NCBI GenBank assembly: GCA_963798085.1
Contig: CAWCRS010000009.1
Coordinates: forward strand, 128,001-192,000
Origin: an uncultured Gemmatimonadales bacterium
GTDB lineage: Bacteria > Gemmatimonadota > Gemmatimonadetes > Longimicrobiales > RSA9
Reading direction: 5' to 3'
DNA length: 64,000 bases
Shown here: positions 63,454 through 64,000 of the stretch, in pieces
Layout: the number at the start of each line of letters is the position of its first letter
Position numbering within the stretch: position 1 is the stretch's first letter
Position numbers and translations under genes: made by a program
Notes under the pieces: generated by a model
Database searches by the model: none
Seen by the model: the letters and a program-made list of their open reading frames with translations, nothing else
What the model was told of the DNA's origin: nothing

Positions 63454-64000
63454 TCAGTTCGGGTTCCTGCGCGGCCCCGCCGCCGAGGGGGCTGGCGTCG
63501 CAGTGAACGCGCGGCGCAGGCTCGCACCCGCGAGTCCCCCAAGATACGCGGCGTGCGCCGCCACGGTCAGCACCATCAGTGCGGCGCCGCGCCGACGGGG
63601 ACGATGCTGCCACGCGTAGCGCAGCGAGCCCATGTAGAACGCGGGGTCGACGCGGACCGGGCTGCCGTCATGGCGGCGAGCGGCGCGGAAATTCTGCGCG
63701 CCCCGGCCATACGCGAAATGCTGGCGCAGGAACGAGGTCGCCCGCAGACGGTGCGCGTGGTACACGAGCGCCAGGGGCTCGCTGCGGGAAGGCCGGCCCT
63801 GCGCGTGCCAGCGCGCACAGAATTCGCGGTCCTCGCCGGCCTTGACGCCGAAGCCGGCATCGAAGCCGCCCGCGGCCCGGAACGCGGCCGTCCCTAACGC
63901 AATGTTATTGGAAGTGAAGAAGCGGTCGCGCGCGCCCTGTCCGTCGAAGTAGCGGGCCGTGTATGCCGCCAGGGCCTGGCTCGCTTCGCTGAAGAGATTG
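63454..64000 (-). CDS. Glycosyltransferase family 2, C-terminal part (runs off window end)
   Basis: FFTSNNIAL, GFDAGF...AGEDREFC, VYHAH, RQHFAYGRG. Confidence 0.75.
   Translation of the reverse strand, partial: NLFSEASQALAAYTARYFDGQGARDRFFTSNNIALGTAAFRAAGGFDAGFGVKAGEDREFCARWHAQGRPSRSEPLALVYHAHRLRATSFLRQHFAYGRGAQNFRAARRHDGSPVRVDPAFYMGSLRYAWQHRPRRRGAALMVLTVAAHAAYLGGLAGASLRRAFTATPAPSAAGPRRNPN

Overview
GC-rich bacterial window from a diderm (TonB receptor, beta-barrels, lipoproteins). Gemmatimonadota-like by overall gene style, which is an inference only. The dominant feature is a co-directional minus-strand respiratory/haem cluster of about 22 kb (28950->6639). In order it holds: hemL; small membrane proteins; a ferredoxin; a cysteine-free Mrp/ApbC-like ATPase; a Zn-ribbon/PCP_red protein; an ABC pair; a large tandem-USP protein with PCP_red-like domains and Cys-Pro motifs; an AhbD/NirJ-like radical SAM enzyme with a PCP_red tail; a non-canonical CydA-like ('bd-like') membrane protein with no CydB; three membrane-anchored c-type cytochromes (one fused to an EB_dh/DOMON-like haem-b domain); a cupredoxin lipoprotein; a complete A1-type haem-copper oxidase (subunits II, I, III, IV); and a membrane-anchored HmuY. 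Further downstream lie a DUF2946/CruR-like CxxC leader ORF ending in RDPP, a TonB-dependent receptor and SURF1. A second cluster (54366->46059) encodes a coproporphyrin-dependent haem pathway (hemA-C-D-B-chdC-hemE-hemH-hemY). The window also has a BMP/nucleoside ABC transporter, an S8 protease, APC/MFS/SLC13 transporters, malic enzyme, a TIR-TM-Ig-like protein, GT2 glycosyltransferases and several dispersed palindromic repeats. Many genes at about 10-23 kb and 48-51 kb carry frameshifts that look like sequencing indels, so their coordinates are reconstructed and approximate. No rRNA, tRNA or CRISPR array was found.
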